This document shows positions 12,970-24,447 of a DNA stretch of 64,000 nucleotides, piece after piece. The stretch comes from Hemiscyllium ocellatum (taxonomy: Eukaryota). The stretch is from positions 26,690,484-26,754,483 of the forward strand of contig NC_083408.1 in NCBI RefSeq assembly GCF_020745735.1. Reading direction: 5' to 3'. The notes below the pieces were generated by a model. That model was given only the letters and a program-made list of their open reading frames with translations, had not been told where the DNA came from and made no database searches. Position 1 is the stretch's first letter; every line of letters begins with the position of its first letter. A program made the translations under genes and the position numbers.

Positions 12970-13294
12970 CAATTGGAAAACAGTAGGCAACTCCTCTCTG
13001 ACATTTGTCCCTTGACCAACACCAATGAATCAGATATTTCAACACAGCTTTCATTCCAGGCTGTGGAAATTTCTATTCGCAAATTGGCTCTTCCACACCC
13101 TACACTTCAGCAGGATGCTCCAAAGTCCTTAATTTCTTGGAAAGGATTTGGGACATCCGAAGGTTGTGAAAGCCTAGAGATAATATTTTCCTTGTCTTAT
13201 TCTGTTTCATACCGCTTCCCTGTGACTGTTAACTGGGGTACGGGTCTCCATGATGGGACATAAAGATTAATTAATTCTGTTGCTTCTTCTTTAG

Positions 13295-13740
13295 GTGGGG
13301 AGGTAACCTTGACGGATCAGATCCAAGCTTTAAAGCAAATTGAGTACAACGTTTCAGTCAATGTCCCCGATTCCTGCAGACACCTTCCAAAAATCAGAGC
13401 TCTTTCCTGGGGCTTTGACCAAATGCACTTTCCCAGTGAATATGACATAATCCTGGGTTCAGACATTGTGTATTATCCATCAGATTTCCCCCTGCTGCTG
13501 CAGACATTGCAACACCTTAGCAACCAGCGAACAACCATCTACATTGCTACAGAGTTAAGGGGCTGTTGTGAAACTCACAAATTCCATGAGGAGATTATCC
13601 CGCAATATTTCAACTCCCGCATTATTTACAGAAACCAGAGTGCGGACATCAATCTGTACAAATTAACACTGAAGGTCCCCAAAACAGGAGAGGAGCTGTC
13701 AATGGAGAAAGAGAGAAGGAAAAAATTACTGTCCAATTAA
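13295..13740 (+). CDS. EEF1AKMT3-like, coding exon 3 (terminal)
   Basis: Acceptor ttctttag. Encodes GGEVTLTDQ...RALSWG...YDIILGSDIVY (METTL21-family DxxY motif)...LLLQTLQHL. TAA ends at 13740. Total CDS 750 nt. Confidence 0.92.
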
Positions 13741-14790
13741 TGCACAGTCTCACAACTCACTAACATGTTTGAAGAATTATAAATCCAGTACAGGAAGAAG
13801 AATGTGACGGATGGTCTTCAAAATTATGCAGAGTTTTACAGACAAATGTTGGCCAGACAACCCAAATGGTCCGTGCTACTTCCACCCTCATTACTTCACC
13901 CAATCAGAATATCCTGTTTTCTTTCTCTCATAGTTAGATTCCTCCTAGATGCAGGTGCCTCAACCACTCTATGTTGTATCAAATTTCACACTTCAACCTA
14001 TCCATATTGAAAGAGATTTCTCCTGAACTTCTTATTGGATTGATTAGTCATAACTTATGATTTTAACACCTACTTTGGACTCCTCCACATTGGTGCAAAA
14101 TTGGCAATGAAAGTAACGGTGAGGTGAATGGCATTCCCTATAGTTTATTTCAGAGACAGTTTAGGCAAAGAGTATATGTGCAATTGAATAGAGCTATCCA
14201 AAAGTTGCTGTTAGAGTTGTGTCACTGCCTTTATCTTTAAGAAACCTCAACGCACTGATCAACTGGCAATGCAAATGCATTAATTCTCACGAAGCTGCTG
14301 AATTTCATTTTAGGTACGACACATGTGTGTCACATGAAGCGAATTCCAGTCCAAATGTCACCATAACACGATAATTTTGACTGCTTGCAGCCAAACTCTT
14401 GCACTGAAATTAACAATGACAAATTATTGCAATTTCATCATTGAAAATTTTGAAAATGTCCAATATATATTTACTAGTATTTCAATTTTTCCCACTCCTT
14501 AATATCCCCGCCCTTATTTCCCATCTGTCTTTGACTTGTCATTGAAATGACTTACTGTAATCCACCTTTCTTCTCAGAGTTTGAGCAGCTACTTTCCCAA
14601 AACTCCAGTCTGATTCTGTGGGAAAGTGGCTTCCCTCTTCACTGATGCCCAGTTTTACACGCTGCAATATTACTGGCTCACAATTTTTGCAACGTGCTAC
14701 ACAAAACGATTTGGAAAACTAAGCGTAAACACCCAAGTTTAATTAACCAGAGGTCACAGATTTAAATTATTGCTGAAAAAAGGCACTTTT

Positions 14791-17194
14791 TGTCAAAGTT
14801 TTTCATCTTGCACTCAACAGGACAAGTCCCAAAAATACCAATTCTAGGGGGATACCAACACATATACTCCAACAGTGTAGACTGCTGACATGTTGGCTAG
14901 TGGGCTGTCATTAGTAGAGGCGTTTCCATGGAGAATACACCAATGAATAATGATTGCCAGTTAACAGTCAGCTTTGTCTAAAGTTCACCATTCTGAAAGC
15001 CAGTATTCATGGAACTTACAAACTCGTGCAATTGAGTTTTTAAAAATACACTATGCATGCCCAAAGAGATGGGATCACCGCTTGACCCATCACTCAACAG
15101 TATTTTTGTTGGATTCTATGAGAGTCATGTCTTCAATGGAATGACACCTAACATCTTATTCCTTGCATATTTCTGAGATGTAGATGATAATTTTGCTATA
15201 TTTGAGTCTGCAGCTGCATGACAGAATTTCTTTATATATTTTAAGGGCCACCATTGGACACACAAATTCACATCTGAAATACAACAGTCAAATAAGCTCC
15301 CTATCTTCAATTAGCTAGTTGAGAAATCGGCCAGGAGAGCTCTGTACGACTGTCTACTACAAACCTACCTTCACTGATCAGTATACACATTGGGATTCTT
15401 ACTGTTCCACATGAAATAAGATTAGTCATCTTGGAAACCTTGTAAATAGGGCCTGAGTTTTTTTTTCACTGTGCAAACTTGATGCTAAAATAGGGTGCAT
15501 CAACGCCATCCTGTGCGATAATGGCTATCCTGATCAGATTATTACGTGCAGTGTATTTGGCAAACTCATGAACAGAACTTAAACATGGTGACTGTTGGTC
15601 CTGAACAGTGCCCAGTCTACCCCAGAAGGATAGGGTATCACTCTGCTATAAAGTAGTACCTCTACTCTGCCACTAAAGGAACGCTACTGTCAAGTCAAAA
15701 AGATGTTCTGCCCATCAATCAAACAAATAATGTGATATATGAATTCAGCACTGATTTGATGTGGAATTTGTACAAAACTGGCGGATTGTATGCAATAACA
15801 TATCCCTTCGGTTATTCACAACAGGCAAGGCACTAATCATGCCTAACTACCCAGTGCTTGGGGACCTTATAACACCATATCTGCATGTATGGAATGAGCT
15901 GCCAGAGGAAATGATAGAGGCTACTTTAAAAGGCATCTGGATGGGTACAACCACAAAGGATTTTTTTTAGTTATCATTTCTATATTGGAGATGGTTGTGT
16001 AAAATCTGTTCCCAAGAATGACCACTTGGGCAAGGTACTGAGTGGTGGATAGTATGAAACCTGACCAATAATCAAAGCCAGCACCTTCAGATAAAGAATT
16101 GAAAAAGTATATCTGTAATAATTTAATTTTATTATATGTAATTTCATTCCCTGAGTATATATTTCTTAATGTTATTTCAGTAATAGGGCAAAGGTCAGTG
16201 TGATTTGATGCTTATATTATAAAACTGATTGTAAAAGATTTAATCAAACTTGTTGGTTTAATATGCTCCAATGAAGAGTCAACTAGCCTCGAAACATTAG
16301 CTTGCTCTCTCTCCACGGATTCTGTCAGACCCACTGTGATCTCCAGCATTTGTTGTTTTCAGTACCGATTCCAGCATCTGCAGTAATTTGCTCCTCCTTG
16401 TTGGTTTAATTATTGTGCAATTTAGTAATTATTTCAGCTTGTTTTTGTCTCTAGTTATAAATGGAATGAGCTGCCAGAGGCAGGTACAATTATAATATTA
16501 AAAGACATTGGACAGGTACGTCGATAGGAAAAGTTTAAAGTGATATGGAGCAAATGCAGCCATATCAAACTAGTTTAATTGAGGAAACCTGGTTGCATTG
16601 GACCAAAAGATCTGTTTCTGTGATGTATATCTCAATGATTCTATGAATAGGAAGGGTTTAGAGGGGTATAGGACAAATGCTGGTAAATGGGACTAGATTA
16701 ATTTGGATACCTGGTCAGCGTGGATGAGTTGGACCTTCTATGACTCTACGTCTAACATTAGCTGTGATTCTGCAATTAGACAACATTTGCTGCAAAGTCC
16801 TGAGTGTGTGAAGTATTACACTGACAAACAATTTAGGATTCTGAAACTTGCTCTCAGTGTGACACAATTGCAAGTATTTGAAGTTACATAATATTAATAC
16901 ATAGGGCCCTATTCTTTTCAGACAGAAAGAACATGTGTGCGCACTGGAGCCCATTTCAATTCAACAAAATGGGTAACAGCCATTCTCTGGTTCACCTCTT
17001 GGGCAATGCCCCGACCAGAGTCAATTTGCCTGGTTTAAAATTTAACAAAGCCTGGCTGTTAACTGTCAATTCACTAGCTGGTGTATTCTTCAAGGCACTG
17101 TCTCCAGGAACCAAATCAACCATTCAGCACTTTCCTCTCATGCATTAATTTCCTGATAATTGTGCTGATGAGCACAAGAAGAAAAGCTTTGACA
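14791..17194 (+). mobile_element. Degraded Penelope-like element with inverted termini and nested inserts
   Basis: RT remnants MGSPL..., YF*DVDD, KPTFTDQYTHWDS and NGYP at about 15070-15540. 14791-14985 is an inverted copy of about 17038-17194. Confidence 0.75.
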
Positions 17195-17214
17195 ATTTTT
17201 TGTTTACAATACTT

Positions 17215-17511
17215 TGATTAGATTAGATTCTTTACAGTGTGGAAACAGGTCCTTCAGCTCAACCAGTCCCCTCAAAACAGTAACCCACCCAGAACCATTT
17301 CCCTCCTAACACTAATGTTAGTGGGCAATTTAGCATGGCCAATTCACCTGACCCGCACATTGTGGGAGGAAAACAAAGTACCCAGAGGAAACCCACGCAG
17401 ACACAGGTAAAATATGCAAACTCCACACAGACAGTCATCCAAGGCTGGAACTGAACCTGGGACCCTGGTGCTGCGAGGCTGCAGTGCTAACCACGGAGCC
17501 ACCGTGCCACC
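17215..17511 (-). mobile_element. HE1-like V-SINE
   Basis: Same family motifs, diverged. Confidence 0.82.
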
Positions 17512-18814
17512 CTACTAAAATCTGTACTCTGAAATGACTGATTTAAGATAACTAACAAGACAACAAGAGTACAGATGAGGAGGCACTTTTAGCTATTATC
17601 TGGAATGCATTGCCTGAAAGGATGATGGATGCAGGTTTATTAGTTATTTTCATAAGAAAATTGGAGCAGAGAGAGAGTGACAGCGAGAATGAGAACAAGT
17701 TATTTGCCATTTCTACCATATACAACTAATACAATTAAAAACGAGACAGCTTTCCCCAGAACCTAGGTGCCACATGGACAGCACAAAATACACGATCATA
17801 CAAAGGGCAGCATAAAGTGCATAAGAAGTGCAAAACACACAAACTACACTGTAATAAAAGAATGATAATTAATAGACATCGTTCTAGCATCAATTTGAAG
17901 TCGTGCAAAGAATAAACCTGAAATGGAAAATCTGCAAGGTAACTGGCTGTCTTTTTTAAGAAGCCCACATGGGCTGAGTGGATTACTTCTGTGCTGCAAT
18001 ATTCCTTGATGATTCAAAGAGTAAACTAATCAAAAATCATATTTACTTAAATCATTTCAATCTGGGATGAATGACACTAAAAAAAACCTAAAAGTGCTGT
18101 TTAATAACAAGATAAATGCATAGAACATCCTTAATTTATGAAAAATTAATTAGTGGTAAATCTTTTAATGACAAATTACAGAATCCAAGTCTTTTTGAGA
18201 TTTTCAAACACATTTGGAAATTTGTCAGTTTCACTGGTGGTTGTAAGGTTGATTGGAAGACTTGCATTTGTACAGCTCCTCAAAACATCCTTAACTACTT
18301 ATAAAGTAGTGACACAACTTCTTAAAGTGCAATCAGTCTTGCAGAAAACACGACAACAAACTGGCACGCAGGTCTCATAATTAACAAGTAGAAAATGCCC
18401 AGATAATTTATTTTATTGATATAGATTGAGGAATAAATATTGGCCAACATTGCAAGGAGAAATATCCCACTTAGCTCAAATATTTTCAAGGAACCCTTCT
18501 CTGTACATCTGCTGTTCCATCAGCACATCCTCTTCAGTACATGGCAGAATTATACAGCTCATTGGAGGGGCAATGAATACTAACTGCAGAAAGAAGTGAG
18601 CATAGTCAGAATTAAAGACCATACACAGTATAATTTTGTCAAAGTAAGCCTCTGTGACACTGAATAAAAGTGGATTCTGGAAATCTGAACTAAAAGAGAA
18701 AAGTGCTGGTGATACTCATCAAACCTGGCACTATCTATGAGGAAACAGTTAAGTTTTTTGAGTGTATTCAGAGAGTCCTCTGCAAGGGTCATATTGGACC
18801 CAGACCATTCACAC

Positions 18815-19273
18815 TTTACAACGATGTTGCCAGGGTTGGAGGTTTTGAGTTGTGGGCTGGAGCTGTTTTGTCTGCAGCATCGGAGGCTAAGAGGTGACCT
18901 TAAAGAAGTTTATACAATCACAAGGGGCATAGATAGAGTGAATAGCTAAGGATTTTTTTCCTAGGGTGGGGGAGTCCAAAACTAGAGGACATAGGTTCAA
19001 GGTGAGAGGGAAAAGATTTAAATGGTTCCTAAGGGGCAGCGTCTTCACCCAGAGGGTAGTGCATGTCTGGAAATGAGCTGCTAGAGGAAGTGATGGAGGC
19101 TGGTATAATTACAGCATTGAAAAGGCATCTGGATGGGCTTAGGAACAGGAAGGGTTTAGAGGGACATGGGCCAAATGCTGGCAAATGGGACTAGAGTAGT
19201 TTAGGGTAACTGGTCAGTCTGGACGGCGCTGGACCGAAGGGTCTGTTTCTGTGCTGTACATTTCTATGATTCT
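18815..19273 (+). mobile_element. CR1 3' fragment
   Basis: RRLRGDLKEVY...RGIDRVNS and the 3' UTR. Confidence 0.82.
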
Positions 19274-19599
19274 CCACAGAAGGTGGTGGATCTCGTGAAT
19301 TTCTCCAGGAAAGGTCAGCATAAACTATGTTCAAAGGATAGGATGTAGGAATGCCCTCGATCCATCCTGATAGCCATTCCCCTCCAGTAATAACTCAGTG
19401 GAAGAGCCGACATGGGAACATTCACACCTCTCTCAAAGTCTCCTTTCGTGATGTTGATCTGGTTTAAATTGAAGTATTGTAGTAATTTACCCCCATTCCA
19501 CTGGTATACACGTCACTAAAGATAAATGTGTCGGCACTAAGTCCCTATATACTCACACAGCCTGAGGACATATCTCCCTCCCTCACACAGCACAACAAC

Positions 19600-20200
19600 C
19601 GTTAACGGGCACGCGTACTGGGCACAATGTCACCGCAAGGAGCGCGTCCCCGAGCAGCGAGCAGGACGGAATCACAAGCACGAGCAAACAGCGCCACACC
19701 CCCAAGTAGGTGGGCTCTCCGCCTTTTTGACCTGCTCCGCTCTGGATGTGAGCTCTGATAGGCTCTCTAACCAGAGGGGGCGTTACAAGCGGCGTCTTCC
19801 GATTACGATTGGACAGATATTTAGGGGACGTCTCAACCCAGCCTGAATAGACCGGAAGTAAATGACTGGATAGGCGGGGTCTCCGCGGACTCCCCCGGCA
19901 GTGATTGGTTGTTAAAACCGGGTAAGTGGATGCCGGGTTGTGATTGGTAAGCACCTGGAAGGGCGGAGTATCCTGGTGCTATGATTGGCTGGTCCACTAC
20001 CGGTGGCGATTGGCTATCTCCCGTAGGCCCCAGACCTGATGCTGTATACGTCTCCGCAGTCATGAGTTCGATCCTGGATGAGTATGAGGATTCCCAGGCC
20101 CGATCCCGTTCCCGGCCTGTCGGACTCCCTTACCAACAGCAACGCCTCGGTGCTTCAGGCATCGGCCAGTCAGGTACCGCCAGTCGGGTGAACGAGAGAA
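19600..20200 (+). promoter_or_regulatory. VPS18 CpG-rich promoter with clustered CCAAT (ATTGG) boxes and an ETS site
   Basis: High CpG density. ATTGG at 19808, 19904, 19943, 19984 and 20009. ACCGGAAGT at 19851. GC box GGGCGG near 19961. Confidence 0.75.
20062..20173 (+). CDS. VPS18: Vacuolar protein sorting 18 (HOPS/CORVET core), exon 1
   Basis: MSSILDEYEDSQ matches the VPS18 N-terminus MASILDEYENSL. Donor GT at 20174, phase 1. Lies in a CpG-rich region. Confidence 0.9.
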
Positions 20201-20466
20201 AGAGGGGCGGGTTGGGGAGGAAGGAGAGGGGTGTCAGAGATGGAGGGCTGGCGGAAGAAGAGGGGGACCAGAGAGGGAGAGCTGGGAGGAGGAGGGAGTG
20301 GGGTGCCAGAGATGGAGGGCTGGGGGGGGGGGGGGGGGGGGGGGAGGAGGAGGGAGTGGGGTGCCAGAGATGGGGAATGTCAGAGGTTGAGGAGGGGAGA
20401 GTTAAAGACTTGACAGAATGCAGGACACTTGGCTGTATACTTTTGTGTCTATTAAATACCTATCCC

Positions 20467-22132
20467 GCTGAAAAATGTGTTGCTGGAAAAGTGCAGCAGG
20501 TCAGGCAGCGTCCATGGAGCAGGAGAATCGATGTTTTGGGCATAAGGAATGAGGGTGTCCCAAGCAGGCTAAGATAAAAGGTAGGGAGGAGGGACTTGGG
20601 GGAGGAGCATTGGGAATGTGATAGGTGGAAGGAGGTTAAGGTGAGGGTGATAGGCTGAAGAGGGGGTGGGGGCGGAAAGGTCGGGAAGAAGATTGCAGGT
20701 CAAGAAGGCAGTGCTGATTCCGAGGGTTGGGACTGAGATAAGGTGGGGTGAGAGGAAGTGAGAAAGCTGGAGAAATCTGCACTCATCCCTTGTGGTTGGA
20801 GGATTCCTAGGAGGAAGATGAGGCGCTCTTCCTCCAGGTGTCGTGTAGCCATGGTCTGGCAATGGAGGACGCCAAGGACCTGCATGACCTTGGTGGAGTG
20901 GGAGGGGGAGTTAAAGTGTTCAGCCACGGGGAGGTTGGGTTGGTTCGTGCAGGTGTCTCAGAGGTGTTCTCTGAAACGTATCCATATGCGTCACAAATTC
21001 ACCTGCACCTCCACACACATCATTTACTGCATCCGCTTCACTCCGCCGCATCTGCTCCCAGGAGGACCAATTCCAATACCAAACCACCCAGATGGCCTCT
21101 TTCTTCAAAGACCGCAATTTCCCCTCAGACGTGGTTGACAATGCTCTCCACCGCATCTCCTCCACTTCCTGCTCCTCTGCCCTTGAACCCCGACCCTCCA
21201 ATCACCATCAGGACAGAACCCCACTAGTCCTCATGTACCACCCCACCAACCTCCAGATACATCGTATCATCTTTCGTCATTTCTGCCACCTCCAAACAGA
21301 CCCCACTGCCAAGGATATATTTCCCTCCCCTCCCCTCCCCTATCAGTGTTCCAGAAAGACCACTCCCTCCGCGACTCCCTCGTCAGGTCCACACCCCCCA
21401 CCAACCCAACCTCCACTCCCGACACCTTCCCCTGCAACCGCAAGAAATGCAAAACTTGCGCCCACACCTCCCCCCTCACTTCCCTCCAAGGCCCCAAGGG
21501 ATCCTTCCATATCCGTCACAAATTCACCTGCACCTCCACACACATCATTTATTGCATCCACTGCACCCAATGTCGCCTACTTGTGGAATGTTTCAGAGAA
21601 CACCTCTGGGACACCCGCACCGACCAACCCAACAGCCCTGTGGCTGAACACTTTAACTCCCCCTTCCACTCCGCCAAGGACATGCAGGTACTTGGCCGCC
21701 TCCATTGCCAAACCATGGCAACATGATGCCTGGAGGAAGAGCACCTCGTCTTCTGCCTGGGAACCCTCCAACCACAAAGGATGAATACAGATTTCACCAG
21801 CTTTCTCATTTCCCTTCCCCTCACCTTATGTCAGTCCCAACTGTCGGACTCAGCACCCCCTTCTTGACCTGCAATCTTCTTCCTGACTTCTCTGGCCTAC
21901 CACCCTCACCTTAACCTCCTTCCACCTATTGCATTCCCAATGCCCCTCCCCCAAGTCCCTCCTCCCTACCTTTTATCTTAGCCTGCTTGGCACACCCTCC
22001 TCATTCCTGAAGAAGGGCTTATGCCCGAAACATCAATTCTCCTGCTCCTTGGATGCTGCCTGATCTACTGCGCTTTTCCAACAACACATTTTTCAGCTCT
22101 GATCTCCAGCATCTGCAGTCCTCACTTTCTCC
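20467..22132 (+). mobile_element. Penelope-like element fragment (GIY-YIG region) with an inverted 5' copy, in VPS18 intron 1
   Basis: FFKDRNFPSDVV...PLVLMYHP and CNRKKCKTC...FTCTSTHIIYCIHC. Inverted arms 20467-20977 and 21590-22097. Confidence 0.85.
22003..22036 (+). ncRNA. Minimal hammerhead-ribozyme motif in a Penelope pLTR
   Basis: CTGAAGA-A-GGGC-TTAT-GCCC-GAAA-CA-TC. Confidence 0.55.
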
Positions 22133-22221
22133 TTAAATATCTATCAGTCAGGCTATTGTATATAGAGAGAGAGAGACTACCAGCTGTTGATGTTACAAAT
22201 AGCAATCTCTGGTTGTTACAG

Positions 22222-22363
22222 GTTATGTCAGTGCGCGTCTTGAAGAGGAAAAGCCAATCTTTTCCAAACAGAGGATTGATTTCAGCCCTCCCAGTGCCAT
22301 CAACCACCTTGTGGTTTGCAACAACCAACTGTGTATGAGTTTAGGCAAAGAGACTCTTCTCAG
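22222..22363 (+). CDS. VPS18: VPS18 exon 2
   Basis: Acceptor ttacag. Encodes GYVSARLEEEKPIFSKQRIDFSPPSAINHLVVCNNQLCMSLGKETLLR. Donor GTAAGA. Not in the ORF track in this frame. Confidence 0.93.
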
Positions 22364-23417
22364 GTAAGAGCCACTCAACCCTCCATGCTCTTTGTAGCTA
22401 TGTTCCTGTTGGTCTCACCTGGCTTTGTTGTCTTTGCATTAAACAACTTGGTATCAGATATTCAGGTGGATGGTGATTATTGAGTTGGTGGAGCTGGTCT
22501 CTATGCTGAAGTCTGGAGTCAGTGGCGTTTCCTATTATTGAACCAGTGAAGGGAATATCTGCTGCAATATTGGATGCCAGAGCCACAGCCATGTTGATTT
22601 AAGATACTGGAAGGGTTGTCAGAAGCAGAGGTGGGACATACCTGGACATAAGAATCCATGTTTTTTTTGGTTTTGGATGATGTTCCCAAGGGCAGCAATA
22701 ACACCATAGTGAACGGTAGCCTGATGCTTATGCTGCTGAATTTGTAATGAAATGGCAGTGTGAGCTCAAACCTACCAGTTGGGGTAATATTCAGTTATTT
22801 GTATAAAAATGTGAAATAAAAAGCTGCATCAATAATGGTGACCATAAAAACCCACCTGATTCCCCAACATCTTTAGGGAAGGAAATTTACTGTCTTTCCC
22901 TGGTCTACATGTGAATCCAGATCCATGGCAACATGGCTGCCTTGTCACAGCTGCCTGCAATGGCATAGAAATTGTCCTCCCTCAGTTTCATGAAAGCCAC
23001 TCGCCACCATGTTCTTGAGGGTAGTTAGGGATGGGCAATAAATGCTGGAATGCAAGATACTGTGAATGCTGCAAATCTGAAACAAAGACAGCTGGAGAAA
23101 CTCATTGGGTCTAACACCATCTGTAGAGAGAGAAGGAGAATTAATGTTTCAAATCTGCTGTGACTCTTCAATAAATACCCCATGAATAAAGAAGAACAGG
23201 AGAGGACAAGAATATAGGAAATTATATTGGAGGGGGAAAAAGTAACCTTGCAGTTAATTCATTGGCTATGATTCTATCAAGCAGTGTTACCCAACTCACA
23301 AGTAAAGCTCTGAATTGAGTCTTGGACTCACTGGGGTTGTGTCCATGCTCCATTGTACACTGAGATTATTGCTGATAACTTGTTTCTTTTTCTTTTTTTC
23401 CCCCCCTTCTTGGGTAG

Positions 23418-23509
23418 GATTGATTTAGGAAAACCTGACCAACCAAACCAGATTGAATTGGGGCGCAAAGACGATGCCAGGATCCACAAATTGTTTCTGG
23501 ACCCCTCGG
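23418..23509 (+). CDS. VPS18: VPS18 exon 3
   Basis: Pyrimidine tract plus AG. Encodes IDLGKPDQPNQIELGRKDDARIHKLFLDPS. Donor GT at 23510. Phases fit the neighbouring exons. Confidence 0.93.
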
Positions 23510-24447
23510 GTACGGTGCTTGTACTTCCTTTTGTTGTGGGGTGACAGGTTCCCTGGGCACACACTGACTTCTGCTGTACGTGACTTGTGAAATCAACATC
23601 TTGTATTCAATTACTCCCTCTCCCTTCTCTGTAATTTCTAGCTATGCAACTCTGAGCACCTCTAATTCCAGCCTCCATCATTTCTCCACCTTTTAATGCA
23701 CTACCATTAACTGTTGCTAAGGCCCTAAGATCTGGAACTCCCTCCCTACATCTCTGATTTTCTGCCCCCTCTCTTCCTCAAAAATCTACCTGTCATCAAA
23801 CTTTTGAACACTGGTTTCTTTGGTTCAATGTTAACTTTGGTCAATGTTAACTTTGGTCAAACTGTGTGCTCCTGTCAAGGGCTTAGGGTGTTCTGTTATC
23901 TTAAAGGCACTGGATGAATATGAGTTGATGTGATAATCCCAGTTTATCCATATCGAGCAAGCAGCCTCCCATCTGCTCAGTAAGTGAGCAGTTTTGCCAG
24001 TCAGCCTTGCATTCAATATCATGTTTCTGAAACGAAACACTGACGTTTCCCCCAATGTTACATCTATCTTGAGGCACTTGTTCTTTCCTAACATGAGGTG
24101 GGGTTGTGTGTGTGTGTTCTAGTCCCTGTTCTCATGAGCCCAGATGAAGTGCATTCATGACTTTGTGTGGAGGGATTATAACTGAGCAGACCTATAACCT
24201 GACCTGAAGTGGATAGTTCTTTGGGACATGAACCCTGGCTAATTCTCCTCCCTGGGGTACTGAAGACAAAAAAATTATGTCGTAACGGCACATTTCTAAT
24301 CATTTTATATGCCTCGTCTCCCATCTGAGCACCACAAACCTCTAATGAATGACATTTTGAGATTCAGTTCGGTGTGCATCACCCTGGCTTAACTGTGGCC
24401 CTGTGTTCGGTGTGAACTGATGCAGATGTATTTGCTCCTTGTTGCAG

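Noticed and set aside
19981-20577. 198-aa ORF over the VPS18 start
   Set aside because: Only 20062-20173 is exonic. The rest is 5' UTR, G-rich intron and Penelope sequence.
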